64,000 nucleotides of DNA. Source: an uncultured Verrucomicrobiae bacterium. Lineage in GTDB: Bacteria; Verrucomicrobiota; Verrucomicrobiia; Chthoniobacterales; Chthoniobacteraceae. The translations under genes and the position numbers were made by a program. Where the stretch lies: contig CAWIKF010000002.1 of assembly GCA_963836755.1 (NCBI GenBank), positions 1,280,001-1,344,000 on the forward strand, in the 5' to 3' direction. The notes beneath the pieces are model-generated. The model ran no database searches. It had not been told where the DNA came from and worked only from the letters and a program-made list of their open reading frames with translations. Positions 1 to 7,676 of the stretch are shown one piece after another; position 1 is the stretch's first letter; every line of letters starts with the position of its first letter.

Positions 1-452
1 GGAAAAACCATCGCATCATAGGTCCCACGGAGTTGAACTACGCTCTGGTGCCGCACGCCGGGAAATGGGATCAAGCGCGCATTTGGTCGGCGAGTGACCG
101 CTGGAACGAGCCATTGGTCACACGTGTCATGAATTCAGGTTCCCCAGCCGGCGCTACCCGAAAATCTTTGGTGAGCGTTTCTGGAAGCGGCTATGAAATC
201 TCGGCATTATACAAAGACGGAAAGGATTTGCTGGTCCGCTTTTTCAATGCTGAAGGCGATGCCGCGCCGAGACACATCACCTTCGACGGTCATGCGGATA
301 TCATTGAAGCCGTTGGGCTGGATGGAAGTAAAATTGCGGAGCTGCCGCAGCTGAAGCAGGACGGGAAAAACACAGTCAGTCTTTCCCTGGCCAGATTAGG
401 CGTGCAAACTATTCGGCTTAGCAACTTCAGTGCTTCTACATCGCGTGACTGA
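1..452 (+). CDS. C-terminal part of a glycoside hydrolase (GH38 alpha-mannosidase-like), gene starts before the window
   Basis: Frame open from window edge; YALVPHAGKW..WNEPL and LLVRFFNAEG resemble the GH38 C-terminal region. Confidence 0.55.
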   Translation, partial: KNHRIIGPTELNYALVPHAGKWDQARIWSASDRWNEPLVTRVMNSGSPAGATRKSLVSVSGSGYEISALYKDGKDLLVRFFNAEGDAAPRHITFDGHADIIEAVGLDGSKIAELPQLKQDGKNTVSLSLARLGVQTIRLSNFSASTSRD

Positions 453-475
453 AGCGCCCAGCAATCCACCCTACC

Positions 476-586
476 ATGAAGATGAAGCCATCCTCCGAGT
501 CCCGATTAATCCTGACCGCCGCCTCGTTACTCCTCGCCAGCATCCTTGGCCACGCTCTGCCATTGCAGCTGATCTTTGCTTGTTAG
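476..586 (+). pseudogene. 5' stub of a secreted-protein gene (signal peptide only), cut off by the attC cluster
   Basis: MKMKPSSESRLILTAASLLLASILGHALP runs directly into an attC right half. Confidence 0.4.
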
Positions 587-588
587 GC
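565..588 (+). repeat. attC right half
   Basis: GCAGCTGATCTTTGCTTGTTAGGC matches the conserved 3' end of the other attC sites. Confidence 0.65.
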
Positions 589-605
589 CTCTTCGCCGCA
601 AATAG

Positions 606-1193
606 ATGAACGATCACTACTACTACTCTAACGACGGCAAAGCTGGCGAGGGCACGTTTTCGCTAGACGAGCTCCGTTCACTCATTAGGGACGGAGTAGT
701 CGCACCTGAAGCCTCAGTGCGCATCAGCGGCTCCTTGAAGCCATGGCAGCCTCTTTCAAGTTTTCCAGAACTTCGGGACGACCCTCTAATTGTTGCCGAC
801 GATGATCTTCCGGTAATCACCATTGACGGCACCGAAGCAAAAGAAGCTGTCGCGGAAGTTGCACGCGCAATGAAAGCTAAAGAGAGATTCAAGATCGTCA
901 CTTCAGACAGAGATTTCGACCCGCTCGGTTATGACCCGCATTCAGCCCATATTTGGATTGGAGCAGCGGGCGGCGGAGTGCTCATGACAATCGGCGCTGG
1001 CACGCTTGTTCTCGCCTTCCTCGATCCGGAACCGACGTCCAAGCTCACGGCATTGATAGCCGGTGGTGTCGTGATGACCTTGGCGGGCGGCGGGCTCATC
1101 GTTACCATTTTGGTCACTCGGTCTCGCTACACGTCCGCCATGCGCTTCGATCACAAGACAAAGAAGTATGAGTGGGTATTATCGCCTCACTAA
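606..1193 (+). CDS. Cassette gene: GYF_2 (DUF4339)-like domain plus two TM helices
   Basis: YYY..GTFSLDELRSLIRDG..V..WQPLSSFPEL pattern, hydrophobic C-terminus; lies between attC sites. Confidence 0.65.
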   Translation: MNDHYYYSNDGKAGEGTFSLDELRSLIRDGVVAPEASVRISGSLKPWQPLSSFPELRDDPLIVADDDLPVITIDGTEAKEAVAEVARAMKAKERFKIVTSDRDFDPLGYDPHSAHIWIGAAGGGVLMTIGAGTLVLAFLDPEPTSKLTALIAGGVVMTLAGGGLIVTILVTRSRYTSAMRFDHKTKKYEWVLSPH

Positions 1194-1232
1194 GTTCAAC
1201 TTGGTCTTTAGCTGATCTTGTTCTCGTTAGGC
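1194..1232 (+). repeat. Collapsed attC site
   Basis: GTTCAAC right after the stop codon, ending TAGCTGATCTTGTTCTCGTTAGGC. Confidence 0.65.
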
Positions 1233-1292
1233 CTAAGAATCGACCCTATATTGGTTGCCATTATTAAAGAACAAACTGCGGTTCCTGCCACA

Positions 1293-2522
1293 ATGACCGA
1301 TCTAAATCCATTCGATCCGCCTCTGCGTCGAATTAAAAGTGTGATAACGGAACTTACCGCGAAAAAAGACGCGGTTTTCGGCGAATTACAATGGTTCGAT
1401 GCAAACGACAATGCGGAGCTTACCAACCAGTTGCAGGCCAGCCGCCGTCAAGCAGAAGCTCTTAGGCACAAATACCAAGAACTCGAAACGCTGATTGCCT
1501 TGTGTCAACGTAATCACGCAGGCACTCGAACTAAGATTCGGACCTTGTTCAATCCCAAAAACTGGCTGGCCTCCGATCAGGTTCAGCTTCGTCTCACGCT
1601 AAAGGGCCTCACTAGCGCGCAGCATACGCTCGAAGCTGAGAAAAAGAATCTTTCAGACCAAATTAAAAGTATGGATCGCGATGTTCAGACAGCCGACACT
1701 ACACTCAAACGGTATTCTGCATTTGATTCGGAACGGCGCAGGGAAGAAATGCGGTCCATTGACAACGAACTTGGGTCACAACTTGCGAAGGCCAAAATTA
1801 TCGAGAAACGCAAGACTGAGGTGGATCACGCCCTAAAGCCTGTTGTTGACCAAATGCAACAATATACCGAGCACAAGCAAAGAGCTGAGAGCATTAGATC
1901 GCGCGCCACAACTCTTGAACATAAACTTTCCAATGCCGGCAACTCATATCAACGTGCTATGGTGCACAAGCAGTGCGCGGCGGAATTCAATGTTCCCAGT
2001 CCAGGCAAGGTTATCGCGCAGAGCGAGCAAGAAATCCACCGCATCGATCGTGACATTGAGAAGGTGTTGAAACGAGCCCAGGAGATTGCGCAGAGAGCCT
2101 CACGCACAATTCATACGATAGTGGTAGATGGGAATAATTTATGCTACGAAAACAGCAGATTCATAGGTCTAGCAGCACTGGACGCACTCATCCCCCTTTT
2201 GCAACTCAACTATTCGGTCATCACGGTATTCGATGCTGCCATCCGGAGGATGTTAAGGGCAGACGACAAGACAATTGTCAGTCGTTTTGGAAATCAGGTT
2301 AAGATGCATATTGTGTTGACCGGCGGCAGGGCAGACGAAACTATATTGGATATCGCGGGAACCGACAAGCACACCTATATTCTTAGTAATGACAGGTTTG
2401 GTGAATATAACGATAAGTCCGCGATCAGAGACCAGCGAATCGTTCGACATGAGATCGTCAATGGGCGCATATTAATCTATGCCTTAGGTATCGACGCTGA
2501 GTATAAACACACGCGGCCCTGA
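1293..2522 (+). CDS. Cassette gene: long coiled coil plus C-terminal NYN/PIN (Zc3h12a-like) ribonuclease
   Basis: Acidic motifs VVDGNNL, VFDA, ADETIL, LSNDRF; helical N-terminal ~270 aa. Confidence 0.75.
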   Translation: MTDLNPFDPPLRRIKSVITELTAKKDAVFGELQWFDANDNAELTNQLQASRRQAEALRHKYQELETLIALCQRNHAGTRTKIRTLFNPKNWLASDQVQLRLTLKGLTSAQHTLEAEKKNLSDQIKSMDRDVQTADTTLKRYSAFDSERRREEMRSIDNELGSQLAKAKIIEKRKTEVDHALKPVVDQMQQYTEHKQRAESIRSRATTLEHKLSNAGNSYQRAMVHKQCAAEFNVPSPGKVIAQSEQEIHRIDRDIEKVLKRAQEIAQRASRTIHTIVVDGNNLCYENSRFIGLAALDALIPLLQLNYSVITVFDAAIRRMLRADDKTIVSRFGNQVKMHIVLTGGRADETILDIAGTDKHTYILSNDRFGEYNDKSAIRDQRIVRHEIVNGRILIYALGIDAEYKHTRP

Positions 2523-2575
2523 CCATGCGATGCAGCGAACGACTCCGCCTGTAGCTGATCTCGTTCTCGTTAGGC
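2517..2575 (+). repeat. attC site (59 bp)
   Basis: CCCTGACCATGCGATGCAGCGAAC...GCCTGTAGCTGATCTCGTTCTCGTTAGGC, overlapping the stop codon. Confidence 0.85.
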
Positions 2576-2601
2576 GTAGCGTGCTCGTTGCAAACCGAAC
2601 T

Positions 2602-3021
2602 ATGAAAGTTGATCCTGATGACCTGAAACGGTGGGGGCATGACGATCTCACCAAGATTATTGACCAGCACGTTTCGACGATGCCCGACCGTCCAAAGGTT
2701 GTCGTCACAATCATTGTCAACGGACGCGATTTTGACGAGGCCAACGCCCAAGCACTGAAGCCTTTGGCTCCCCACTACTTTAATACGCAGCCGGTACTTT
2801 GGCTTGGAGCCGCATTCCGTATTATCTACCTTGGGTTTGACGCCGCCGAGTCCGATGCGTTTCTCCAGTTTTGGGCGATTGCAGCAACGATGCCCCGCCT
2901 TGATGAGATGGCGCTCTACATCGACGGCAAAGCAGAGTTTAGGATTGATCGCCTAATTCACGGGCCTCCTCCTCCCGGTTCGGATTTATACGAGGAGCCA
3001 GTCCGACCTTATGAGCCATGA
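2602..3021 (+). CDS. Cassette gene, hypothetical protein
   Basis: ORF fills the space between two attC sites. Confidence 0.6.
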   Translation: MKVDPDDLKRWGHDDLTKIIDQHVSTMPDRPKVVVTIIVNGRDFDEANAQALKPLAPHYFNTQPVLWLGAAFRIIYLGFDAAESDAFLQFWAIAATMPRLDEMALYIDGKAEFRIDRLIHGPPPPGSDLYEEPVRPYEP

Positions 3022-3058
3022 ACGTAAGTTCCGTGACTTTTCTGCTATCAGCCAACGC

Positions 3059-3152
3059 TCCTAACGATGCGCTGCAGCGAACTGCTCCGCCGCCTTCGCC
3101 CGCGCAGCCAGCGCGCCAGCCTCCGCAGTCGCTGAGCTTGGGGTCGTTAGGC
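3059..3152 (+). repeat. attC site (94 bp)
   Basis: TCCTAACGATGCGCTGCAGCGAAC...GTCGCTGAGCTTGGGGTCGTTAGGC. Confidence 0.85.
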
Positions 3153-3187
3153 CCCTCCGCATCACTTCGATTTCCTCATTGCCACCC

Positions 3188-3679
3188 ATGAAGCAAGAGA
3201 ACCGGTTCGTAGCGCACTTATTCCACTTTCTGGCTCCATTCGTGGACATGGAGCAGGATCTTTTCATCTGCGTGGACGGAGCCGCTGCTGCGCGCCACTC
3301 GGGAGCCGAGGGCGCTCGCCTCCTCGACTCCGACTTACCCGACTTGTGGCTCACGTTTTGTGGTCACACGACACCAACGGGAATTGAAGCGAAGGTCATC
3401 GAAAAGAATTCGATCAGTATTCGCCAAGCCCAGTTGAAGGCATGGTGCAGCGCCGGAACCGGTGCGTATCAGCCGACATTCTGGGTGGCCACGAACCGAG
3501 GATTGACCGAGTTCTTCTGTTGGCACCACGCTGCTTTACGGTCGCGTTTGGATTCATCCGCGAGCACCGTCCCTAACGTCTCTCTTTCCCTGTCTGCTTT
3601 TCCGCCCGCACACCGCTCCTCGAACATTGCAGAGCTTGCACTCTACATACTTACCCAACACCGAACAGCCGGGGCCTAA
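3188..3679 (+). CDS. Cassette gene: putative PD-(D/E)XK nuclease
   Basis: LPDLWLTF...GIEAK...Q..W motif; stop codon lies inside GCCTAAC. Confidence 0.6.
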   Translation: MKQENRFVAHLFHFLAPFVDMEQDLFICVDGAAAARHSGAEGARLLDSDLPDLWLTFCGHTTPTGIEAKVIEKNSISIRQAQLKAWCSAGTGAYQPTFWVATNRGLTEFFCWHHAALRSRLDSSASTVPNVSLSLSAFPPAHRSSNIAELALYILTQHRTAGA

Positions 3680-3692
3680 CCATGCGCTGCAC
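3674..3692 (+). repeat. attC left half, truncated
   Basis: GCCTAACCATGCGCTGCAC followed by unrelated sequence. Confidence 0.7.
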
Positions 3693-3854
3693 CTGAAAAG
3701 GAGCCCCGGACGCCACGGACGCCAATTTTAGAGTCCCTCTGGGATTATAGCCGTTAGAGTCACATTCCTTTTCCCTCCAACTTTAGAATAACTTCAATAT
3801 CCCCGTCCGCAGCGTCCGTAGAGCGTGTGGCTTGTTGTTCATAAGCTGACCCCT

Positions 3855-3895
3855 CCCTGAAATTCGCTCATTTCAGGGGGTATAATACCCTGAAT
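3855..3895 (+). promoter_or_regulatory. sigma70-like promoter overlapped by three CCCTGAA boxes
   Basis: TATAAT at 3881-3886; CCCTGAAAT 3855, ATTTCAGGG 3870, CCCTGAAT 3888. Confidence 0.55.
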
Positions 3896-3958
3896 CCGAT
3901 CATCCATCCGTCAGCCCGCGCTGATTTCGGCTGGTTGATCAATAAAAGGAGGTAATCC

Positions 3959-4162
3959 ATGGCGAAAGCCACGCATTACTCTCCGCGCATCTCTCGCTTT
4001 CTGGTCTCCGTCCTCTATCACGAGGCGAAACGCCGCCAGATCCCGATGACCCAGCTCACTGATGAGCTGCTCCGGCAGCAACTTGAAAGTTCTGAGAGTT
4101 GGAATCAGGCGCAGGAGTGCAGGATCGCGGAGAGTCCACCATCACATCCCTCAGATTCCTGA
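3959..4162 (+). CDS. Small putative ribbon-helix-helix-like regulator
   Basis: Strong RBS AAAGGAGG; YSPRISRFLVSVLYHEAKRRQIPMTQLTDELLRQQL strand-helix-helix pattern. Confidence 0.6.
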   Translation: MAKATHYSPRISRFLVSVLYHEAKRRQIPMTQLTDELLRQQLESSESWNQAQECRIAESPPSHPSDS

Positions 4163-4188
4163 GGGGTTCATCAAACCACCGCACAATG

Positions 4189-4214
4189 ACCGGCTCTTTG
4201 TAGCCGGTTTTTTT
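4189..4214 (+). terminator. Intrinsic terminator
   Basis: ACCGGCT-loop-AGCCGGT followed by a T run. Confidence 0.7.
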
Positions 4215-4254
4215 GTGCCCACATCACAACAACACAGAAAGGAAAAACAATCCC

Positions 4255-4740
4255 ATGGCAGTATTATTGCAAATCACCTACTCAAAGAAGCTGGGTCTTC
4301 CCAACTTCAGCAGTCACAGTTGCTCGGTCAGCGTGCAGGTTGAAATCGCTGACGTATCACAGGTGGCCGAACAAAACGAGCGGCTCTACCAAGTGCTTCA
4401 GGCATCGGTCGACAAGGAAATCCAGGCGGTCGGTTATCTTCCCGACGCAACCAAATACGGAATGAACGGTCAGCAAACCAATGGCAATGGTCATCACAGG
4501 CAGAACGACGGCGCCGGCGTTAGTGAAAAGCAGCTCGATCTCATCAACAAGATCGTGCGTGAGAACAACGCCAACAAAAGCGAGGTCGAAAACCTCGCAG
4601 TTGAAATGTTTGGTGGTGGCGTTCGCACGCTCAACCGGATGCAGGCTAGTAACTTCATTGACGCGCTCTTTGAGAAATACCCGCGCAATGGCAACGGACA
4701 GCGGAGCAAATATCCGCGACAACCGGCGAGGGCATCATGA
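4255..4740 (+). CDS. Hypothetical protein translationally coupled to the nuclease
   Basis: RBS GAAAGGA; N-terminal beta-rich region, N/G linker, C-terminal SEKQ...ASNFIDAL helical motif; ATGA overlap with next gene. Confidence 0.75.
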   Translation: MAVLLQITYSKKLGLPNFSSHSCSVSVQVEIADVSQVAEQNERLYQVLQASVDKEIQAVGYLPDATKYGMNGQQTNGNGHHRQNDGAGVSEKQLDLINKIVRENNANKSEVENLAVEMFGGGVRTLNRMQASNFIDALFEKYPRNGNGQRSKYPRQPARAS

Positions 4741-5570
4741 ACGCGCTCGAGGAACCCAAAGCTGACACTGTTCAACCCGGTGCAGCAACGCCACGGAGCA
4801 TCGATGAGCTGACAAGCACGGTGTCAGCGTCACGGCTCGTATCATTCCACCAGTGTCGGCTGAAGTTCTACTTCCGCTACGTGCTGGGCCTTTTCAGGCT
4901 CAAGTCCGCGTCGTTGCACGTCGGGAGCAGCGATCACGCGGTGCTCAAATACTGGAACAACGCACGGTGGAGAGGCGAGCAGCCAACGCTCAAGCAGTTC
5001 CACGACGTTTACGTCCAGTATTGGGCCGCTGAACAACAGCAACATCCAGTGGACTGGACTAGTGAAAACCAGGAGGAAGAAAAGAAGACTGGATGGCGCT
5101 GCCTGGAAACGTATTTCCGGGAATGCCCGATCAAACCGGATGAAAAACCGGAAGCCGTGGAAGTCTCCGTGGAAGCAGATCTATTCGAGCACGGGTTGCC
5201 CAAGCTCGTCGGCATCATTGACCTGGTTCGTCCCGGAGGAAGGATCGTTGATTTCAAGACCAGCGGGAAAACACCCGATCCACTCACGGTCGCCCATCTC
5301 AACGACACACAGCTCTCCAGCTACGGGGTGCTCTATCGCCATGCCACCGGCAAAAAGGAGTCTGGCTTAGAACTGCATCACCTGGTTAAAACCAAAAATC
5401 CCAAGCTGGTGGTAACGGAACTGCCACCTGTCAACAAGGTGCAGGAAAATCGGCTCTATCACGTCATGGAATCCTACGTGGATGGGGTTCAGAAAACGGA
5501 TTGGGTGCCAAGCCCCTCGTTCTTGTGCGGCTCGTGTGAATTCTTTAGCGAGTGTCGCGCCTGGAACTGA
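4737..5570 (+). CDS. PD-(D/E)XK nuclease, RecB/Cas4-like (PDDEXK_1)
   Basis: SAS..F..C.LKFY, GIIDL, IVDFKT, QL..Y and C-terminal CxxC-x5-C. Confidence 0.9.
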   Translation: MNALEEPKADTVQPGAATPRSIDELTSTVSASRLVSFHQCRLKFYFRYVLGLFRLKSASLHVGSSDHAVLKYWNNARWRGEQPTLKQFHDVYVQYWAAEQQQHPVDWTSENQEEEKKTGWRCLETYFRECPIKPDEKPEAVEVSVEADLFEHGLPKLVGIIDLVRPGGRIVDFKTSGKTPDPLTVAHLNDTQLSSYGVLYRHATGKKESGLELHHLVKTKNPKLVVTELPPVNKVQENRLYHVMESYVDGVQKTDWVPSPSFLCGSCEFFSECRAWN

Positions 5571-5591
5571 GGCTACAAAGAAACATCAAAC

Positions 5592-5644
5592 AAAGAGAGG
5601 TCAGCTTTCACCGAAACGGTGCGAGCTGGCCTCTTTGTATTTTA
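5592..5644 (+). terminator. Long hairpin, terminator-like
   Basis: AGAGGTCAGCT...AGCTGGCCTCT followed by TTGTATTTT. Confidence 0.55.
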
Positions 5645-5663
5645 AACGAAAGGAGCTAAAGCA

Positions 5664-5912
5664 ATGAAGCAAATCATTCTCATCGTGCTCACGTTCATCG
5701 TGATCACTTCAAGGAGTCATGCTTTGTTCGGGAGAATCGCTGCGGAAAAGCAACGCAGAATCGAAACTGAACAAAAGCTGGTTCAACAACAGGCTGTCAC
5801 CGCTCAGTGGCAGACTGCTTCGTTTGTTCTCGGGGTGGGCTGCGTCGTCACATTGTTGGCTGGCGCCGCCATTGGAAGCAAAGGGAGGCGCAATGCGAAA
5901 GCAAATGAATGA
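5664..5912 (+). CDS. Small protein with signal peptide and C-terminal TM helix
   Basis: RBS GAAAGGAG; hydrophobic N-terminus ending SHA, second hydrophobic stretch. Confidence 0.7.
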   Translation: MKQIILIVLTFIVITSRSHALFGRIAAEKQRRIETEQKLVQQQAVTAQWQTASFVLGVGCVVTLLAGAAIGSKGRRNAKANE

Positions 5913-6306
5913 CGGCAAGTTTCGACTCAAGGAACTCTTCAAATCGCCGTGGAATCCGAAACCAGTGGAGCCACCCACGGTTGACCCCAACTTGCAGGAA
6001 CTCGATCCATTGACGCGGTCTGCGGAATCGATCCGCTATTCAATCCTGAGCCTCGAGTTCTGGATCTCGCCGAAAGGACAGGTGCGGGAATGGCTCAGGA
6101 GCAACGCACGGCTGGCGATTCTGCTGGCCATTCCATCGTTTCTGGTCCTGCCGATCATTACCTTTGTCCTATGGCAATTGGTCGCGTGGCTCGTCGCCCT
6201 GACTTCAATCGCGGGGAAGCTCATCATCTTCCCGATTCTGGCCCTGCTCGCAGTAGTCATGATCACCGTCACGGTCAACATCTTCAAATTCCTGTTCAGA
6301 AGTTAA
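5893..6306 (+). CDS. Membrane protein
   Basis: RBS GGGAGG; long hydrophobic C-terminal half; overlaps upstream gene. Confidence 0.7.
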   Translation: MRKQMNDGKFRLKELFKSPWNPKPVEPPTVDPNLQELDPLTRSAESIRYSILSLEFWISPKGQVREWLRSNARLAILLAIPSFLVLPIITFVLWQLVAWLVALTSIAGKLIIFPILALLAVVMITVTVNIFKFLFRS

Positions 6307-6328
6307 CCAAAGAAAGGAGGCAGATCTT

Positions 6329-7396
6329 ATGGAGCAAACAACTCTCTACTATCGCCACGGCTCCTCTGACAAAGTCTATCAGGCGAGTATTCAACAGCAG
6401 AATGGCGGCTACGTCGTCAACTTCGCTTACGGCCGACGTGGGACAACCATGCAAACCGGAACCAAAACGCAATCTCCAGTCAACCTGGAGAGCGCACGGA
6501 CTATCTACGACAAACTCATCAAGGAGAAGACGGCCAAGGGCTACACGGTTGGTGAAGATGGCGTCCCGTTTCAGCACAGTGAGAAAGCGAACGAGGTCAG
6601 CGGCATCAGTTGTCAGCTCCTCAATCCCGTCGATGAAACCGAGGCAGCAGCACTCATCCAAAATCCTGCGTTTGCCATGCAGGAAAAGTTCGACGGCCGT
6701 CGGCTGCTCATTCGTAAAACGATCGCAGGCATCGAGGGCATCAACCGCAAAGGTTTGATCGTCTCACTGCCGTGTCCACTGGTGGAGGACGCAGAAGCAT
6801 TGTCAGGGAGCTTCATCATGGACGGAGAATCCGTCGGTGAGCACTTCATGGCATTTGACCTGTTATTGATCGATCACAAGGACATCCGCAGTTGGATGTT
6901 CCGTGACCGCTGCCTGGCACTGATGAACCTGATCGCGACGGGGCTCCCAAAGGGCGTCCGGTTTGTCGAGACCGCATTTGATGCAGTATCAAAGCTGGAC
7001 CTGGTGGAACGGCTAAAGCACTCAAACAAGGAGGGCGTGGTGTTTAAAAGAACCGCTGCTCCTTACACGGCAGGCCGACCCGCATCAGGTGGAGACCAGT
7101 TCAAGTGCAAGTTCTACGAAACCGCCTCATTCATTGTTTCCAAGATCAACGGCAAGCGCAGCGTCGAGTTGAAGTTGCGCAACCAAAAAAGACTGGTCTC
7201 GGCTGGCAATGTGACAATTCCGCCCAATCAGAGGATCCCCGAAGTCGGGGCGATTGTTGAATGTCGTTACCTCTACGCATTCAAGGAATCCGGCTCTATC
7301 TATCAGCCAGTATATCTCGGCGAGCGCGACGATATTAATCCAGCGGACTGTTCAGTTACTCAGCTCAAGTTCAAGGCGGAGGTGAGCCCATGCTGA
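6329..7396 (+). CDS. WGR-domain ATP-dependent DNA ligase
   Basis: SDKVY...YGRRG...KEKTAKGY (WGR); QEKFDGRR, MDGE, AFDLL, EGVVFK; OB-fold VECRY...YQPVYLGERDD. Confidence 0.9.
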   Translation: MEQTTLYYRHGSSDKVYQASIQQQNGGYVVNFAYGRRGTTMQTGTKTQSPVNLESARTIYDKLIKEKTAKGYTVGEDGVPFQHSEKANEVSGISCQLLNPVDETEAAALIQNPAFAMQEKFDGRRLLIRKTIAGIEGINRKGLIVSLPCPLVEDAEALSGSFIMDGESVGEHFMAFDLLLIDHKDIRSWMFRDRCLALMNLIATGLPKGVRFVETAFDAVSKLDLVERLKHSNKEGVVFKRTAAPYTAGRPASGGDQFKCKFYETASFIVSKINGKRSVELKLRNQKRLVSAGNVTIPPNQRIPEVGAIVECRYLYAFKESGSIYQPVYLGERDDINPADCSVTQLKFKAEVSPC

Positions 7397-7563
7397 TCAA
7401 TAAAAAGGCGGTCAAGGATTTCGCGTTGAGCATGGCCAAGACCCGCTCCCACAAGTTTACGAGAGTGGGTGGCGGGTTCTTTGTGAAATGCGAGGCAAAC
7501 TTGAAAAGCTTCATCCGCGAGCATGTCCAGCGTCTCCCTTCCAAGGGGAAGACGATCAACTAA
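7390..7563 (+). CDS. 57-aa basic protein, putative histone fold (absent from ORF track)
   Basis: MLINKKAVKDFALSMAKTRSHKFTRVGGGFFVKCEANLKSFIREHVQRLPSKGKTIN; RBS GGAGGT; overlaps ligase stop. Confidence 0.7.
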   Translation: MLINKKAVKDFALSMAKTRSHKFTRVGGGFFVKCEANLKSFIREHVQRLPSKGKTIN

Positions 7564-7611
7564 AAACAAGCCTGTGAAAAATCTTTCATAGGCAAAACCA
7601 ACAACAAAGAG

Positions 7612-7648
7612 AGAGCCCGTATGCCAGCAATGGTGTGCGGGCTTTTTC
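7612..7648 (+). terminator. Intrinsic terminator
   Basis: AGAGCCCGTATGCCA-GCAA-TGGTGTGCGGGCTTTTT. Confidence 0.65.
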
Positions 7649-7676
7649 ATTCCAAAAAGAAAGGAGCCACACGCTC

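Noticed and set aside
4737..5570. CRISPR-associated cas4
   Set aside because: No cas1/cas2 or array; better read as a stand-alone Cas4-like nuclease
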